Below, one piece after another: positions 18,274 through 34,440 of a DNA stretch of 64,000 nt. This stretch comes from the human T2T-CHM13v2.0 reference genome, Homo sapiens. The stretch lies in assembly GCA_009914755.4 (NCBI GenBank), contig CP086569.2, positions 62,240,001-62,304,000 on the forward strand, read 5' to 3'. The stretch's first letter is position 1. The number at the start of each line of letters is the position of its first letter. The notes below the pieces were generated by a model that did not search any database, was not told where the DNA came from, and saw only the letters and a program-made list of their open reading frames with translations. Made by a program: the position numbers and the translations under genes.

Positions 18274-20648
18274 GATATGGTTCAGCCATGTCCCCACCCA
18301 AATCTCACCTTGAATTATAATAATCCCCACATGTCAAAGGCAGGGCCAGGTGGAAATAATTGAATCATGGGGAAGTTTCCTCTATACTGTCCTTGTGGTA
18401 GTGAATAAGTCTCACAAGATCTGATGCTTTTATAAATGGGAATTCCCCTGCACAAGCTATCTTGCCTGCCGCCATGTAAGATGTGACTTTGCTCTTCATT
18501 CACCTTCTGCCATGATTGTGAGGCCTCCCTAGCCATGTAGAATTGTGAGTAAATTAAACCTATTTCCTTTATAAATTACCTAGTCTCAGGTATGTCTTTA
18601 TTAGCATGAGAATAGACTGATACAGTAAATTGGTACTGGTAGAGTGGAATGCAGCTGTAAAGATACATGAAAACGTGAAAGTGACTTTGGAACCAGGTGA
18701 CAGGCAGAGATTGGAACAGTTTGGAAGGCTCAGAATAAGGTAGAAAAATGTGGGCAAGTTTATAACTTCCTAGAGACTGGGAGGGCTCAGAAGAAGGCAG
18801 AAAGATGTAGGAAAGTTTGCAACTTCCTAGAGACTTGTTGAATGGCTCTGACCAAAATGCTGATAGTGATATGGACAATAAAGCCCAGGCTGAGGTGGTC
18901 TCAGATGGAGACGAGGAACTCATTGGGAACTGGAGCAAAGGTGATTCTTGCTATGTTTTAGCAAAGAGCTTGGCGGCACTTTGTCCCTGCCCTAGAGATC
19001 TGTGGAACTTTCAACCTGAATGAGATGATTTAGGGTATCTGGTGGAAGAAATTTCTAAGCAGCAAAGCATTCAAGAGGTGACTTGGGTGCTGTTAAAAGC
19101 ATTCAGTTTTATGCATTCACAAAGATACGGTTTGGAATAGGAACATAGGTTTAAAGGGGAAGCAGAGCATAAAAGTTTGGAAAATTTGCAGCTAGAAGAT
19201 CCGATAGAAAAGAAAAACACATTTTCTGAGGAGAAATTCAAGCCAGCTGCAGAAATTTGCATACATAACAAGGAGCCAAATGTTAATCACCAACACAGTG
19301 GGGAAAATGTCTCCAGGGCATATCGGAGGTCTTCACAGCAGTCCCTCCCATCACAGGCCTGGAGACCTAGGAGAAAAAATGATTTAATGGGCAGGGCCCA
19401 GGGCCTTGCTGCTTTGTGCAGTCTCGGGACTTGGTGCCCTGCATCCCAGCCATGGCTAAAAGGGGCCAATGTAGAGCTTAGGCCATTGCTTCAGAGGATG
19501 CAAGCCCCAAGTCTTGGTGGCTTCCATGTGGTGTTGGGCCTGTGGGTGAACAAAAGTCAAGTATAGAGGTTTGGGAACCCCTACCTAGATTTTAGAGGAT
19601 GTATGGAAACATCTGGAAGTCCAAGCAGAAGTCTGCTGGAGGGACAGAGCCCTCATAGAGAACCTCTGTTAGGGCAGTGTGGGAGGGAAATGTAGGGGTG
19701 GAGCCCCCAACACAGAGTTTCCACTGGGGCACTGCCTAGTAGAACTGTGAGAAGAGGGCCACCATCCTCCAGACCCCAGAATGGTAGATTCACCGACAGC
19801 TTGCACCAGGTGCCTGGAAAAGCTGCAGACACTCAATGCGAGTCCATGAAAGCAGCTGGGAGGGAGGCTGTACCCTGCAAAGCCACAGGGGCAGAACTGC
19901 CCAAGGCTGTGGGAGCCCATCTCTTGCATCAGCATGACCTGGATGTGAGACATGGAGTCAAGAGTGATCATTTCAGGGCTCTGAGATTTGACTTCCCCAT
20001 TGGATTTTGGACTTGCATGGGGCCTGTAGCCCCTTCGTTCTGGCCAATTTCTCCCATTTGGAATGGGTATTTACACAATGCCCATACCTCCATTATATCC
20101 AGGATGTAACTAACTTGCTTTTGATTTTATAGGCTCATAGGTGGAAGGGACTTGACTTGTCTCAAATGAGACTTTGGACTGTGGACTTTTGAGTTGATGC
20201 TGAAATGAGTTAAGACTTTGAGGGCTGTTGGGAAAGCATGATTGGTTTCGAATTGTGAAGATATGAGGTTTTGGAGGGACCAGGAGTGGAATGATATGGT
20301 TTGGCTGTGTCCCCACCCAAATCTCACCTTGATTTGTAATAACCCCCATGTGTCAAGGGTGGGGCCAGGTGGAGATAATTGAATCATGGGTGCAGTTTCC
20401 CCAATACTGTTCTCATGATAGTGAATAAGTCTCAGGAGATCTGATGGTTTTATAATTGGGAGTTCCCTTGCACAAGCTCTCTTGCCTGCTACTATGTAAG
20501 ATGTGACTTTGCTCCTCATTCACCTTCCACCATGATTGTGAGGCCTCCCCAGCCATGTGGGACTATGAGTCAATTAAACCTCTTTCATTTATAAATTACC
20601 CAGTCTTAGGTATGTCTTTATCAGCAGCATGAGAACAGACTAATACAA
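18274..20648 (+). mobile_element. Complete THE1-type MaLR LTR retroelement: 5' LTR 18274-18625, internal 18626-20292, 3' LTR 20293-20648; 5-bp TSD ATGGC
   Basis: Both LTRs start 'TGATATGGTT..GTCCCCACCCAAATCTCACCTTGA' and end '..GGTATGTCTTTAT.AGCA.GAGAA.AGACT.ATACA'; 'ATGGC' directly flanks both ends; the host L1 ORF2 is contiguous across the insertion. Confidence 0.85.
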
Positions 20649-20878
20649 TGGCTAAGTGCCCAAAAGCAATTGCAACAAAAACAAAAAATTGAAAAATGGG
20701 ACCTAATTAATAAACAGATTCTGCACAGCAAAAGAAATCATCAACAGAGTAAACAGACAATCTACAGAATGGGAGACAATATTCACAGACTATATATCCA
20801 AAAAAGGTCTAATATCCAGAATATACAAGGAATTGAAACAAATCAACAAGCAAAAAACAATCCCATTTTTTTAAATGA
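20649..20878 (+). mobile_element. LINE-1 ORF2 continuation after the THE1 insertion
   Basis: ..[52 protein letters not shown] matches the L1 ORF2 C-terminal region. Confidence 0.6.
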
Positions 20879-21330
20879 GCATTTCTCTAATAATCAGTGA
20901 TATTGAGCTTTTCTCATATATTTGTTGGCTGCATGAATGTCTTCTTTTGGAACGTGTCTGTTCATGTCCTTTGCCCACTTTTTCATGGGGTTGTTTGTTT
21001 TTCTTGTAAATTTGTTTAAGTGCCTTGTAGACTCTAGATATTAGACCTTTGTCAGATAACTGGATTGCAAAAATTTTCTCCCATTCTGTAGGTTTTCTGT
21101 TCACTTTGATTATAGTTTCTTCTGCTGTGCAAATGCTCTTCAGTTTAATTAGATCTCATTTGTCAGTTTTTGCTTTTGCTGCAATTGCTTTTGGTGGTTT
21201 CATCATGAAATCTTTGCTCGTGCCTATGTCCTGAGTGGTACTGCCTAGATTTTCTTCTAGGGTTTTTACAGTTTGAGGCTTTACACTTAAGTCTTTAATC
21301 CATCTTGAGTTAATTTTTGTATAAGGTGTA
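20879..21330 (-). mobile_element. LINE-1 fragment in inverted orientation
   Basis: Antisense of the L1 ORF2 3' region ('TTCTTGTAAATTTGTTTAAGTGCCTTGTAGACTCTAGATATTAGACCTTTGTCAGATAACTGGATTGCAAAAATTTTCTCCCATTCTGTAGGTT...'). Confidence 0.6.
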
Positions 21331-22064
21331 ATCAAAATCACAATGAGATACCATATCACACCAATCAGAATGGCAATTATTAAAAAGTCAAGAAACAACA
21401 GATGCTGGCAAGGTTGTGAAGGAAAAGGAACAGTTTTACACTGTTGGCGGGAATGTAAATTAGTTCAACCATTGTGGAAGATAACGTAGTGATTCCTCAA
21501 AGAGATAAAGACAGAAACACCATTTGACCCAGCAATCCCATTACTGAGTATATACCCAAAGGAATATAAATCATTCCATTATAAAGATAACTGTATGCGT
21601 ATGTTGATTGAAGCGCTATTCACAATAGCAAAGATATGGAGTCAACCTAAATGCCTATCAATGATAGACTGGATAAAGAAAATGTGGTACATATATACCA
21701 TGGAATACTATGCAGCCATAAAAAGTAAAAAAGAGCATGTCCTTTGCAGGGACATGGATGGACTGGAAGCCATTATCCTCAGCAAACTAATGCAGGAACA
21801 GAAAACAAAATACCAGAAGTTCTTGTTTATAAGTGTGAGCTAAATGGTGAGAACACATGGACACATAAAGGGGAACAACACACATTGGGGCCTTTTGGAG
21901 GGTGGAGGGTTGGAGTGCATCAGGAAGAATAGCTAATGGATGCTGGGCTTAATACCTAGGTGATGGGTTGATTTGTGCAGCAAACCACCATGGCACACAT
22001 TTACCTATGTAACAAACCTGCACATCCTGCACATGTACCCTGGAACTTAAAATAAAAGTTGATG
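21331..22064 (+). mobile_element. L1PA-type 3' end (ORF2 C-terminus + 3'UTR) ending AAAATAAAAGTTG
   Basis: [63 protein letters not shown].. then the typical L1PA 3'UTR ('CACATTTACCTATGTAACAAACCTGCACATCCTGCACATGTACCCTGGAACTTAAAATAAAAG'). Confidence 0.75.
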
Positions 22065-23148
22065 GAAAAAATGGGCAAAGGACATGAACAGACAATTCTC
22101 AAAAGAACACATACATACAGCCAATAAGCATAGGGAAAAAGCTCAATATCACTGATTATTAGAGAAATGCAAAGCAAAACCACAACAATATAGCATCTCA
22201 CACAAGTCAGAATGACTATTAGAAAAAGTTGAAAAGCAACAGATGCTAGTGAGGCTGCAGAGAAAAGGGAACACTAATATACTGTTGGTGGAAATGAAAA
22301 TTAATTCAGCCACTGTAGAGAGCAGTTTGGAGATTTCTCAAAGAACTAAGAATTAAACTATCATTTGACCCAGCAATCCCGATACTGGGTGTATATCCAA
22401 AGGGAAATAAATCATTCTACCAAAAAGACACATGCACCCATATGTTCATTGCAGTACTATATTCAAAATTGCAGGCTGAGCACTATGGATCACGCCTGTA
22501 ATCCCAGCACTTTGGGAGGCCAAGGCGGGCGGATTGCCTGAGGTCAGGAGTTTGAGACAAGCCTGGCCAACGTGGCGAAATCTCATCTCTACTAAAAATA
22601 CAAAAATTAGCCGGAGATGGTGGTGGACACCTGTAATTCCAGCTACTGGGGAGACTGAGGCAGGAGAATCACTTGAACTGAGGAGGTGGATGTTGTAGTG
22701 AGCCAAGATCATGCCACTGCACTCCAGCCTGGGCAACAGAGCGAGACTCCGTCTCAAAAAAAAAAAAAATAGAAAAGACATGGAATCACCTATGTGCCCA
22801 TAAATGGTATATTTGATAAAGAAAATGTGGTACAAATACACCATGGAATACTATGCAGCCATAAAAAGAATGAAATCATGTCCTTTGCAGCAACATGGAT
22901 GGAACTGGATGCCATAATCCCAAGAGAATTAACACAGGAACAGAAAACCAAATACCACATGTTCTCGCAAGTAAGAGCTAAAGATTGAGCACACATAGAT
23001 ATAAAAATGGGAACAATAGACCCTGTGGACTACTAGAGGTGGGAGGGGGTGAGGGAGAGTGGATTGAAAAACTTCCTAATGGGCACTAGACTCACTATAA
23101 TATACCCATGTAACAAACCTGCACATGTACCCTCTATATCTAAAATAA
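22065..23148 (+). mobile_element. Second L1PA-type 3' end copy (with embedded Alu 22476-22770), also ending AAAATAAAAGTTGAA
   Basis: ..WAKDMNRQFSKEHIHTANKHREKAQYH..; after the Alu ..[20 protein letters not shown].. then 3'UTR 'ACCCATGTAACAAACCTGCACATGTACCCTCTATATCTAAAATAAAAGTTGAA'. Confidence 0.7.
22476..22770 (+). mobile_element. Alu SINE inside the L1 3' end
   Basis: 'GGCTGAGCACTATGGATCACGCCTGTAATCCCAGCACTTTGGGAGGCCAAGGCGGGCGGATTGCCTGAGGTCAGGAGTTTGAGAC...' with poly-A; the L1 frame is contiguous across it. Confidence 0.9.
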
Positions 23149-23462
<314 letters not shown>

Positions 23463-23522
23463 AAAAGTTGAAATTTTTTTAATGAGACAGAGATATTGGA
23501 TCCTGAAAAGAAAAGAAATCAA

Positions 23523-26149
<2,627 letters not shown>

Positions 26150-26508
26150 TAGTACTCTATACTTTTCTTTCCTAATACTTATCACAGTTTAGAACTATAT
26201 TTATTGATTTTATTTATATTCTGTTTCCCCCACTAGACTTGTCCACTAAATGTAAACTATGTCTGTTTGGCTTACTATCCTATTTCCAGAACCTGGCACA
26301 TAGTAGGCACTCAATAAATTTGTGTTGAATGACTACACGACACCATAATCCTTGCGATCACCCAATCTAGAAACTTGGGAGTTATCCTCCCTCATTTGCC
26401 ATGTTGTGACTCCACAATGAGTCATCAATTCTTATAGATTTTACTTCCTCAACAACTCATATCTATCACCAGTGCTCATATCATTTCTTAAAGCATGTAA
26501 TAGTTCCC

Positions 26509-26619
26509 TTTTTTTTTTTTAGATGAAGTCTCACTCTGTCACCCAGGCGGGAGTGCAGTGGCATAACCTTGGCTCACTGCAACATCTGCCTCCTAGGTTC
26601 AAGTGATTCTCCTGCCTCA
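26509..26619 (-). mobile_element. Alu fragment (3' arm only, minus strand)
   Basis: Poly-T then 'AGATGAAGTCTCACTCTGTCACCCAGGCGGGAGTGCAGTGGCATAACCTTGGCTCACTGCAACATCTGCCTCCTAGGTTCAAGTGATTCTCCTGCCTCA'. Confidence 0.85.
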
Positions 26620-26803
26620 AAAGCCTATTTTCGTCATATAAAGTTCCTAAACAGGGACATTCTCAGTTGCCTCTGTTATCATGGTAGTTTTGTTCACCAT
26701 GTATTTTGAGATGGGTTTTTTGAGCTCTCATTACCTTTATAGTTTATAACATAGTTGCCTACTGAAGTGTATTTATTTTGTAATAAAGGCTACCATTACC
26801 AAA

Positions 26804-28954
26804 TGATAGGTTTGGCTCTGTCCCCACCCAAATCTCATCTTGAATTTCCATGTGTTGTCGGAGGGACCCAGTGGGAGATCACTGAATCATGGGGGCAAGT
26901 CTTTCTCAGGCTCTTCTCATGATAGTGAATAAGTCTCACAAGATCTGATGGTTTTAAAAAGGGGAGTTCCCCTGCACAAGCTCTCTTCTCTTGTCTGCCA
27001 CCATGTGAGATGTACCTTTCACCTTCCACCATGATTGTGAGGCCTCCTCAGCCATGTGGAACTGTAAGTCCAATAAAACTCTTTCTTTTGTAAATTGCAC
27101 AATCTTGGGTATGCCTTTATCAGCAGCATGAAAACGGACTAATACAGTAAATTGGTACCAGTAGAGTGCAGTGCTGCTGAAAAGATACCCGAAAATGTGG
27201 AAATGACTTTGGAACTTGATAACAGGCAGAGGTTGGAACAGTTTGGAGGGCTCAGAAGGAGACAGGAAAATGTGGGAAAGTTTGGAACTTCCTAGAGACT
27301 TGTTGAATGGCTTTGACAAAAATGCTGATAGTGATATGGACAATGAAATCCAGGCTGAGGTGATCTCAGATGGAGATGAGGAACTTGTTGGGAACTGGAG
27401 TGAGGGTTACTCTTGCTATGTTTTAGCAAAGATACTGGCAGCATTTTGCTCCTGCCCTAGAGATTTGTGGAACTTTGAACTTGAGAGAGATGATTTAGGG
27501 TATCTGGTAGAAGAAATTTCTAAGCAGCAAAGCATTCAAGAGATGACTTGGGTGTTGTTAAAGGCATTCAGTTTTAAAAGGGAAACAGAGCATAAAAGTT
27601 TGGAAAATTTGCAGCCTGACAGTGCAATAGAAAAGAAAATCCCATTTTTTAAGGAGAAATTCAAGCTGGCTGCAGAAATTTGCATAAGTAACAAGGAGCT
27701 GAATATTAATCACCAAGACAATGGGGAAAATATCTCCAGGGCATGTCAGAGACCTTTGTGGCAGCCCCTCCCATCACAGGCCCAGAGGTTTGGGAGGATA
27801 AAATTGTTTTGTGGGCTGGGCCCAGTGTCCCTCTGCTGTGTGCAGTCTAGGGGCTTAGCGCACTGCATCCCAGCCACTTCAGCTGTAACTAGAGAACCTC
27901 AGCCTAGATTTCAGAAGATGTATGGAAAAGGCTGGATGTCCAGGCAGAAGCTTGCTGCAGGGGTGGGCCCTCATGAAGAACCTCTGCTAGGGCAGTGCAG
28001 AAGGGAAATGTGGGGTCAGAGCCCCCACACAGAGTCCCTACTAGGGCAGTGCCTAGTGGAGCTGTGAGAAGAGGGCCACTGTCCTCCAGATCTCAGAATG
28101 GTAGATCCATTGACAGCTTGCACCGTGCACCTGGAAAAGCCACAGACACTCAATGCCAGCCTGGGAAAGCAACCAGAAGGGAGGCTATACCCTGCAAAGC
28201 CACAGGGGATGAGTTGCCCAAGACCATAGGAAACCACCTCTTGCATCAGCATGACCTGGATGTGAGACACGGAGTCAAAGGAGATCACTTTGGAGCTTTA
28301 AGATTTGACTGCCCCGCTGGATTTCAGACTTGCATGGGGCCTATAGCCCTTTGTTTTGGACAACTTCTCCCATTTGAAATGGCTGTATTTAAACAATGCC
28401 TGTACCCCCATTGTATCTAGGAAGTAACTAACTTGCTTTTGATTTTACAAGCTCATAGGTGGAAGGGACTTACCTTGTCTTGAATGAGATTTTGGACTGC
28501 AGACTTTTGAGTTAATGCTGAAATGAATTAAGACTTTAGGGGACTGTTGGGAAGGCATGATTGGTTTTGAATTGTGAGGACATGAGATTTGGGAGAGGCC
28601 ACGGGTGGAATGACATGGTTTGGCTGTGCCCCAACCCAAATGTCATCTTGAATTTCCATGTGTTGTGAGAGGGACCCAGTGGGAAGTAATTGAATTATGG
28701 GGATGGGTCTTTCCCATGCTGTTCTCATGATAGTGAAGAAGTCTCACAGTATCTGGTGGTTTTATAAAGGGGAGTTCCCCCGCACAAGCTTTGTTCTCTT
28801 GTCTGCTTCCATGTGAGGCGTGCCTTTCACCTTCCACCATGATTGTGAAGCCTCCCAAGCCACGTGGAACTGTAAGTCCAATAAACCTCTTTCTTTCGTA
28901 AATTGCTCAATCTTGGATATGTCCTTATCAGCAGTGTGAAAATGGACTAATACA
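26804..28954 (+). mobile_element. Complete THE1/MST-type MaLR LTR retroelement: 5' LTR 26804-27146, internal 27147-28610, 3' LTR 28611-28954; 5-bp TSD CCAAA
   Basis: LTRs begin 'TGATAGGTTTGGCTCTGTCCCCACCCAAATCTCATCTTGAATTTCCATGTGTTGT.GGAGGGACCCAGTGGGAG' / 'TGACATGGTTTGGCTGTGCCCCAACCC...' and end '..GGACTAATACA'; CCAAA flanks both ends; the internal region is collinear with the THE1 internal region at 18.6-20.3 kb. Confidence 0.85.
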
Positions 28955-28989
28955 CCAAATATCTACCATGTGACAGATAATAACATTAT

Positions 28990-29140
28990 GAGGTAAGTAT
29001 TTATTGTTGTTATCATTATCTGAATTTAAGCGTGGTACTGAAGGCTTGGAGAGGTTAAGTAATACCCCCAAAGCCACACAGCTGTGACAAAGGCAAGATT
29101 CAAACCCTGGTTTATTTGATTAACAGAGTCTCTTCTCTTT
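28990..29140 (+). mobile_element. MIR SINE fragment
   Basis: '..GGCTTGGAGAGGTTAAGTAATACCCCCAAAGCCACACAGCTGTGACAAAGGCAAGATTCAAACCCTGG' matches the MIR core (GAGGTTAAGTAACTTGCCCAAGGTCACACAGCTAG..GGATTCGAACCCAGG). Confidence 0.55.
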
Positions 29141-29214
29141 TTACCACATCATTATTATCTCCAGTCATTAGAACCTATATTGTCATTGCCCACATGTTAC
29201 TAGCTCTTCATAAG

Positions 29215-29360
29215 TTTTGAAGTACTCTGATACATTATCTCATTGAATCCTATTACAATGGTCTGGGAATGTGAGGCTTAGAGAGAAGTCCCTTGACCTA
29301 GGTCACAGAGTGAGCTAATGGAATTCAAGGCTTCTGACTCTGTCTGTATCGCTTTCCATT
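29215..29360 (+). mobile_element. MIR SINE fragment
   Basis: 'CTCATTGAATCCTATTACAATGGTCTGGGAATGTGAGGCTTAGAGAGAAGTCCCTTGACCTAGGTCACAGAGTGAGCTAATGG' matches the MIR 5' half. Confidence 0.55.
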
Positions 29361-29710
29361 ATATCACGCTTTGTTAGTACTCTCAGACAGGAAACTCATT
29401 TCTTTCTCATATTAGCTGTCAGCACAGAATTGAGCGCAAAGTTGCTGCTTAATATGTTTCTTGGTTTTAAAACTTAATTTAAAATAACGCTCAGGATTTT
29501 TACAAGTACAGCTTCCTAACAACTTGAGTGATAATATCTATCCCTTTAGTTTCTCAGAAAATAGAGTTTTCCTAAATTAATGTATTCATACTTGCTTGGT
29601 ATATAACCAACCCTTAATTACTTCTTGCTTTCAAATCTTCAGTAACTTAACACTCTCTACAGTCTTCTAAATAGAATCAAATTATCTTACTTTATGATTT
29701 TGTATTCACA

Positions 29711-29986
29711 GGGTCTCACTCTGTCACTCAGGCTGGAGTGCAGTGGTGCAATCAGGGCTTACTGCAGCCTCAACCTCCTTAGGATCAGGTGATCCTCCCA
29801 CATCAGCCTCCTGAGTAGCTGGGACTACAGCCACGTGCCACCATAACCAGTTAACTTTTGTATTTTCTGCAGAGACAGAGTCTCACTATGTTGCCCAGCT
29901 GGTCTCAAACTCCTGAGCTCAACAAATCTGCCCGCCTCAGCCTCCCAAAGTGCTAGGATTACAGGTGTGAGCCACCGCACCCAGCC
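29711..29986 (-). mobile_element. Alu SINE (older, AluJ/S-like, minus strand)
   Basis: 'GGGTCTCACTCTGTCACTCAGGCTGGAGTGCAGTGGTGCAATCAGGGCTTACTGCAGCCTCAACCTCC...GGTGTGAGCCACCGCACCCAGCC'; diverged, few CpGs. Confidence 0.9.
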
Positions 29987-30759
29987 TATGATCTCTTTTT
30001 CTCAGCAACATCCTTTTTTCTTTAATCTAGTCCTCCACTTAAATGCCAGTTCACAGAAACAGCAGAGAACTTTTCTACATACCTAAGAAATATCACCACT
30101 GTCCTCCTTTACAATATTCTTGTGTTCAAATACACAGTGAATTAAAGATGATTCTTAACATCTTAACTACTCACATTTCAGGTGGGAATTTTCTTTTAGT
30201 CTGTTGACACTAACACAAACATCATTGCTGCAGATTAAGCAATACTGTGCATTTTGGGGGGAAGGGTTCAGTCTTGGGTGAAAGGGTATAGTGACAATGA
30301 ATCAGGAGCTTGAAAATGACCCACCCTGCTGCCAGCACTGCTACAGAATCTCTTGGTGGAGAGCCCAGATCCCTTCCAGTAAGCTGCTTAAAGTGTTTGA
30401 TTCCATTTTTTATTTGGTTGCCAATTCATTAAGTGGTTAACCTTGGACTGCATCTATCAAGCATTTAATTAATTAAGGCTAGTTTGAAATACCTTTTGAA
30501 ACGTTACTAATTTCAATACACCATGCTGGCACATTTTTAAGAATCCAGCAATTGCTGAAATACGAAATCATCTTCACTAAGATGCAATAGTTGCCAGAAA
30601 AGCACTAATCAAGAGCTAGTTGTTATGATGAAAGGGTAAAAGCAATACAACATATTTTCTTTCCTCACAGTCTGAAAGAAGGAGAAAGGTGGTGATAATC
30701 ACAGTTTTATGTAAGTTCAGAGCTAGAAAGCCTCCAAGGGACTACATAATCTCTTCTCT

Positions 30760-30860
30760 TTATTGTAAAATGGGGAAAGTGAAACACAGTACACTAAGTT
30801 AGTAGCAAAGTCAGGATTAGATTCCATGGCTCTAGTATATAACTATCCCCCATTTCCAGA
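30760..30860 (+). mobile_element. MIR-like fragment
   Basis: 'TTATTGTAAAATGGGGAAAGTGAAACACAGTACACTAAGTTAGTAGCAAAGTCAGGATTAGATTCC' resembles MIR 'CCATTTTACAGATGAGGAAACTGAGGCACAGAGAGGTTAAGT..GGCAGAGCTGGGATT'. Confidence 0.4.
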
Positions 30861-31289
30861 ATGACTTTTATTATGGAAAATTATTTTATTTCACTACTCG
30901 CCCATTCTACACTTCTATAGAGAATACTAGGGTGAGTTTGTAATGATGCTAAATAGCATTTGTGCATGTCATTAAAAAATTGCTGACCCACATTGTTGTT
31001 TTATCCTGTATCATGCTGGTGCAGAAACCCAGGGAGTGGTTTCAAAAGTCCAATTCCAAAGCCATTTCTTTCTCCTAAAATGAGAAGTAATCATTTTTCT
31101 CATTGTTTTTACTTATCTACCACAGGTGCATTATTGACATCTGGAATATCAGGCCACAGTGATGCCTGTAGCCATTGAATTACACACAATGGTTTAGGCA
31201 AAAAGCATTTATATTTGTTTTTTTTTTTCTCAGCAAAGTTTTTTTCTTTATTGGTAATTTTTTTTGAGAAACATCTAGATTTTATTTTA

Positions 31290-31445
31290 TTTTATTTTAT
31301 TATTTTCTTTTTTTAATTATACTTTAAGTTCTAGGGTACATGTGCACAACGTGCAGGTTTGTTACATATGTATACATGTGCCATGTTGGTGTGCTGCACC
31401 CATTAACTCGTCATTTAACATTAGGTATATCTCCTAAGCATTTAT
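31290..31445 (-). mobile_element. L1PA 3'UTR fragment (minus strand) following a T-rich tract
   Basis: 'TTATACTTTAAGTTCTAGGGTACATGTGCACAACGTGCAGGTTTGTTACATATGTATACATGTGCCATGTTGGTGTGCTGCACCCATTAACTCGTCATTTAACATTAGGTATATCTCCTAA' is the reverse complement of the L1PA 3' end. Confidence 0.8.
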
Positions 31446-33541
31446 ATTTGGCATTGAACATCAGGACATGAGTTTATGGAAGCACTAAAGCTCATTAATA
31501 TTATGCAAAGCCAAACAGAATGACAGTCTCAATTTTTTGAGTCCACACCAGCTGAATGCATGGCTCTGCATATGGTAATATTAGCAGAAAAATTAAAAAG
31601 GGGGTCAGATGCGAAGTAACCCTGCACTAGGCAACAATAATAAACATATCAGTGGTACTCAAATTGTACTCTGTGTAAAAACCACCTGGGAAAAAAATTG
31701 CTAAAAATAAACTGAATGCAGATAGGGGCAGTAGTGGTTCCTAAATTAAGCTATGTGTGAATATGATTGAATTATAAGATATAATTATCTGAGATCCAGT
31801 ACTGGATATTCTGATTCAGTCACTTTTAGGTGGAGCCTAAGCATTTGAACATTTATAAAACTATACAAATTAATCTGATATGCTGCCAGGTTTGGGAACC
31901 ACTGGAATAAGGGACTCAAAGATGGTTTCATTCATTCCACTTTCTCCCAGCAAAACCATACATAAACCACCTTGAAACAAAGGTATATCTCTATTTTAAA
32001 AGGCTATTGGCCTCACTATTCTTCAGGAAAGTGAAAACTAAAAACTGAGTTAACTACAAAGGCTAAATTTTAAAAGATGGCAGAGTAGGAGGTTCCAGCC
32101 CTCATACCCCCACAGAAACACGGATTTAAAAACCATCAACTGATTAAAGTACCTTCAAGAGAGCTCAGAAATCCAGGTAAGAGGTTGCAGTGCCCAGATG
32201 GAGCACAGAAATAGAAAAGACTTATTTAAGACAGTGAAAAGAACAGTTTCATTTTACCCACATCTTATTCAAGACAAACAAAAATGGAAACATAACCTAC
32301 CAAAAACCTATGGCGTGCAACAAAAGCACTACTAAGAGGGAAGTTTATAGAGATAACTGCTTACATTTAAAAAGAGATAACTGAAATAAACAACTTAATT
32401 TTACACCTCAAGGAACAAGAAAAAGAACAAACTAAGCCCCAAATTTGCAGAATGAAGAAAATAATAAAGATTAGAACAGAAATAAGTGAAATAGAGAACA
32501 GGAAATCAATAGAAAAAATCAAAGAAACTGAGTTGATTTTTCAAAAAGATAAACAAAATCAACAAATCCTTAGCTAAACTAAGAAAAAAACACTCAAATA
32601 AATACAATCAGAAATGAAAGAGGAGATACTACAACTGATGCAACAGGAAACAGGGATTATAAGTGACAATTACAAAGAAGTATATCTTAACAAATTGGAC
32701 AACCTAGAAGAAATGGATAAATTCCTAGACTCATACAGCCTACCCATGCTGAATATGAAATAAATTAAAAGTCTGAACAGACCAATAACAAATATAGAAA
32801 TTCAAGCAGTAACCCAAAAATTCCCAACAAAGAAACACTCAAGACCAGATGTCTTCACTGGTACATTCTACCAAACATGTAAAGAAAAATTAGTTCCAAT
32901 CCTTCTTAAACTCTTCCAAAAAATATAAAAATATGGAGGACTGCCAAATTAATTCTGTGAGGCCCACATCACCCTAATACCAAAGCCAAAGATAACACAA
33001 GAAAGGAAACTGCAGACCAATATCCCTGATAAACATACATGCAAAAATCACCAACAAACTACTAGCAAAATGAATTCAAGAGCTCATTAAAAGCATCATA
33101 AACAAGGATCAAGTAGAATTTACCCCTAGAATATGAGAATGGTTTAACATACACAAATCAATCAATGTGATACACTGCATTAACAGAATGAAGGCTAAAA
33201 GTCAAATGATCATTTCAATAAATGAATAGCATTTGACAAAATTCAATAGGCTTTTATAATAAAAACTCTTAACAAATTAGGAATAGAAGGAACTAACCTC
33301 AACACAATAAGGGCCATTTATGAGGAGCCCAAAACTAACATCACACTCAATAGTAAAAAATCAAGGCCTTTCTTTAAGATCCAGAACAGGCAAAGATGCC
33401 CACTCTCACCTATCCTATTCAACTTAAAGTCCTAACCAGAGCAATTAGGCAATAAAAACAAATAAAAAGAATCCAAATAAGAAAGGAAGAAATGAAATTA
33501 TCTGTTTGCTGATGACATGATATTATATGTAGAAAATCCTA

Positions 33542-33922
<381 letters not shown>

Positions 33923-34039
33923 TCAGTAAAGTTTCAGGTTACAAAATCAACATATAAAAATGAGTTGCATTTTTATACATCAAAATAAACTATCTGAAAA
34001 TGAAATTAAGAAAAAAATTTCACCTATAATAGCATCTGC

Positions 34040-34440
34040 TATAATTTGGATGTTTTCCCCCACAAAACTCATGTTGAAATTTGATCCCCAGTGTTAGAGA
34101 TGGGGCATAATGGTAGGTGTTTTAGTAGTGGGGGCGGGTCCCTTATGAAAGGCTTGCTGCCATCCTCAGGTCAATGAGTTCTTATTCTATTAGTTCCTGG
34201 AAGAGCTGGTTGCTAAAAAGAGCCTGGCATCTCCCCGCTGTCTCTCTATTGCTTCCTCTCTCATCATCCGAACTCTGCACAAGCTGGCCCCTCTTCACCT
34301 TTCCAAGCAGCCTGAAGCTTTCACCAGATGCCCAATCTTACAGTCAGCAGAATTGTGAACCAAATAAACCTCTTTTCTTTATAAATTACAGTCTCAGGTA
34401 TTCCTTTATAGCAACAGAAAATAGACTAAGAAAGCACTTA
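34040..34440 (+). mobile_element. MaLR-class LTR (MST/MLT-like) solo LTR
   Basis: 'ATTTGGATGTTTTCCCCCACAAAACTCATGTTGAAATTTGATCCCCAGTGTTAGAGATGGGGC...CCATCCTCAGGTCAATGAGTTCTTATTCTATTAGTTCCTGGAAGAGCTGGTTGCTAAAAAGAGCCTGGCATCTCCC...AAACCTCTTTTCTTTATAAATTACAGTCTCAGGTATTCCTTTATAGCAACAGAAAATAGACTAA'. Confidence 0.55.

Noticed and set aside
27216-28067. 283-aa ORF as a candidate host protein-coding gene
   Set aside because: It sits entirely inside the internal region of a THE1/MST retroelement and is collinear with the other THE1 copy. It is retained only as a low-priority profile-search target (see findings), not as a gene.
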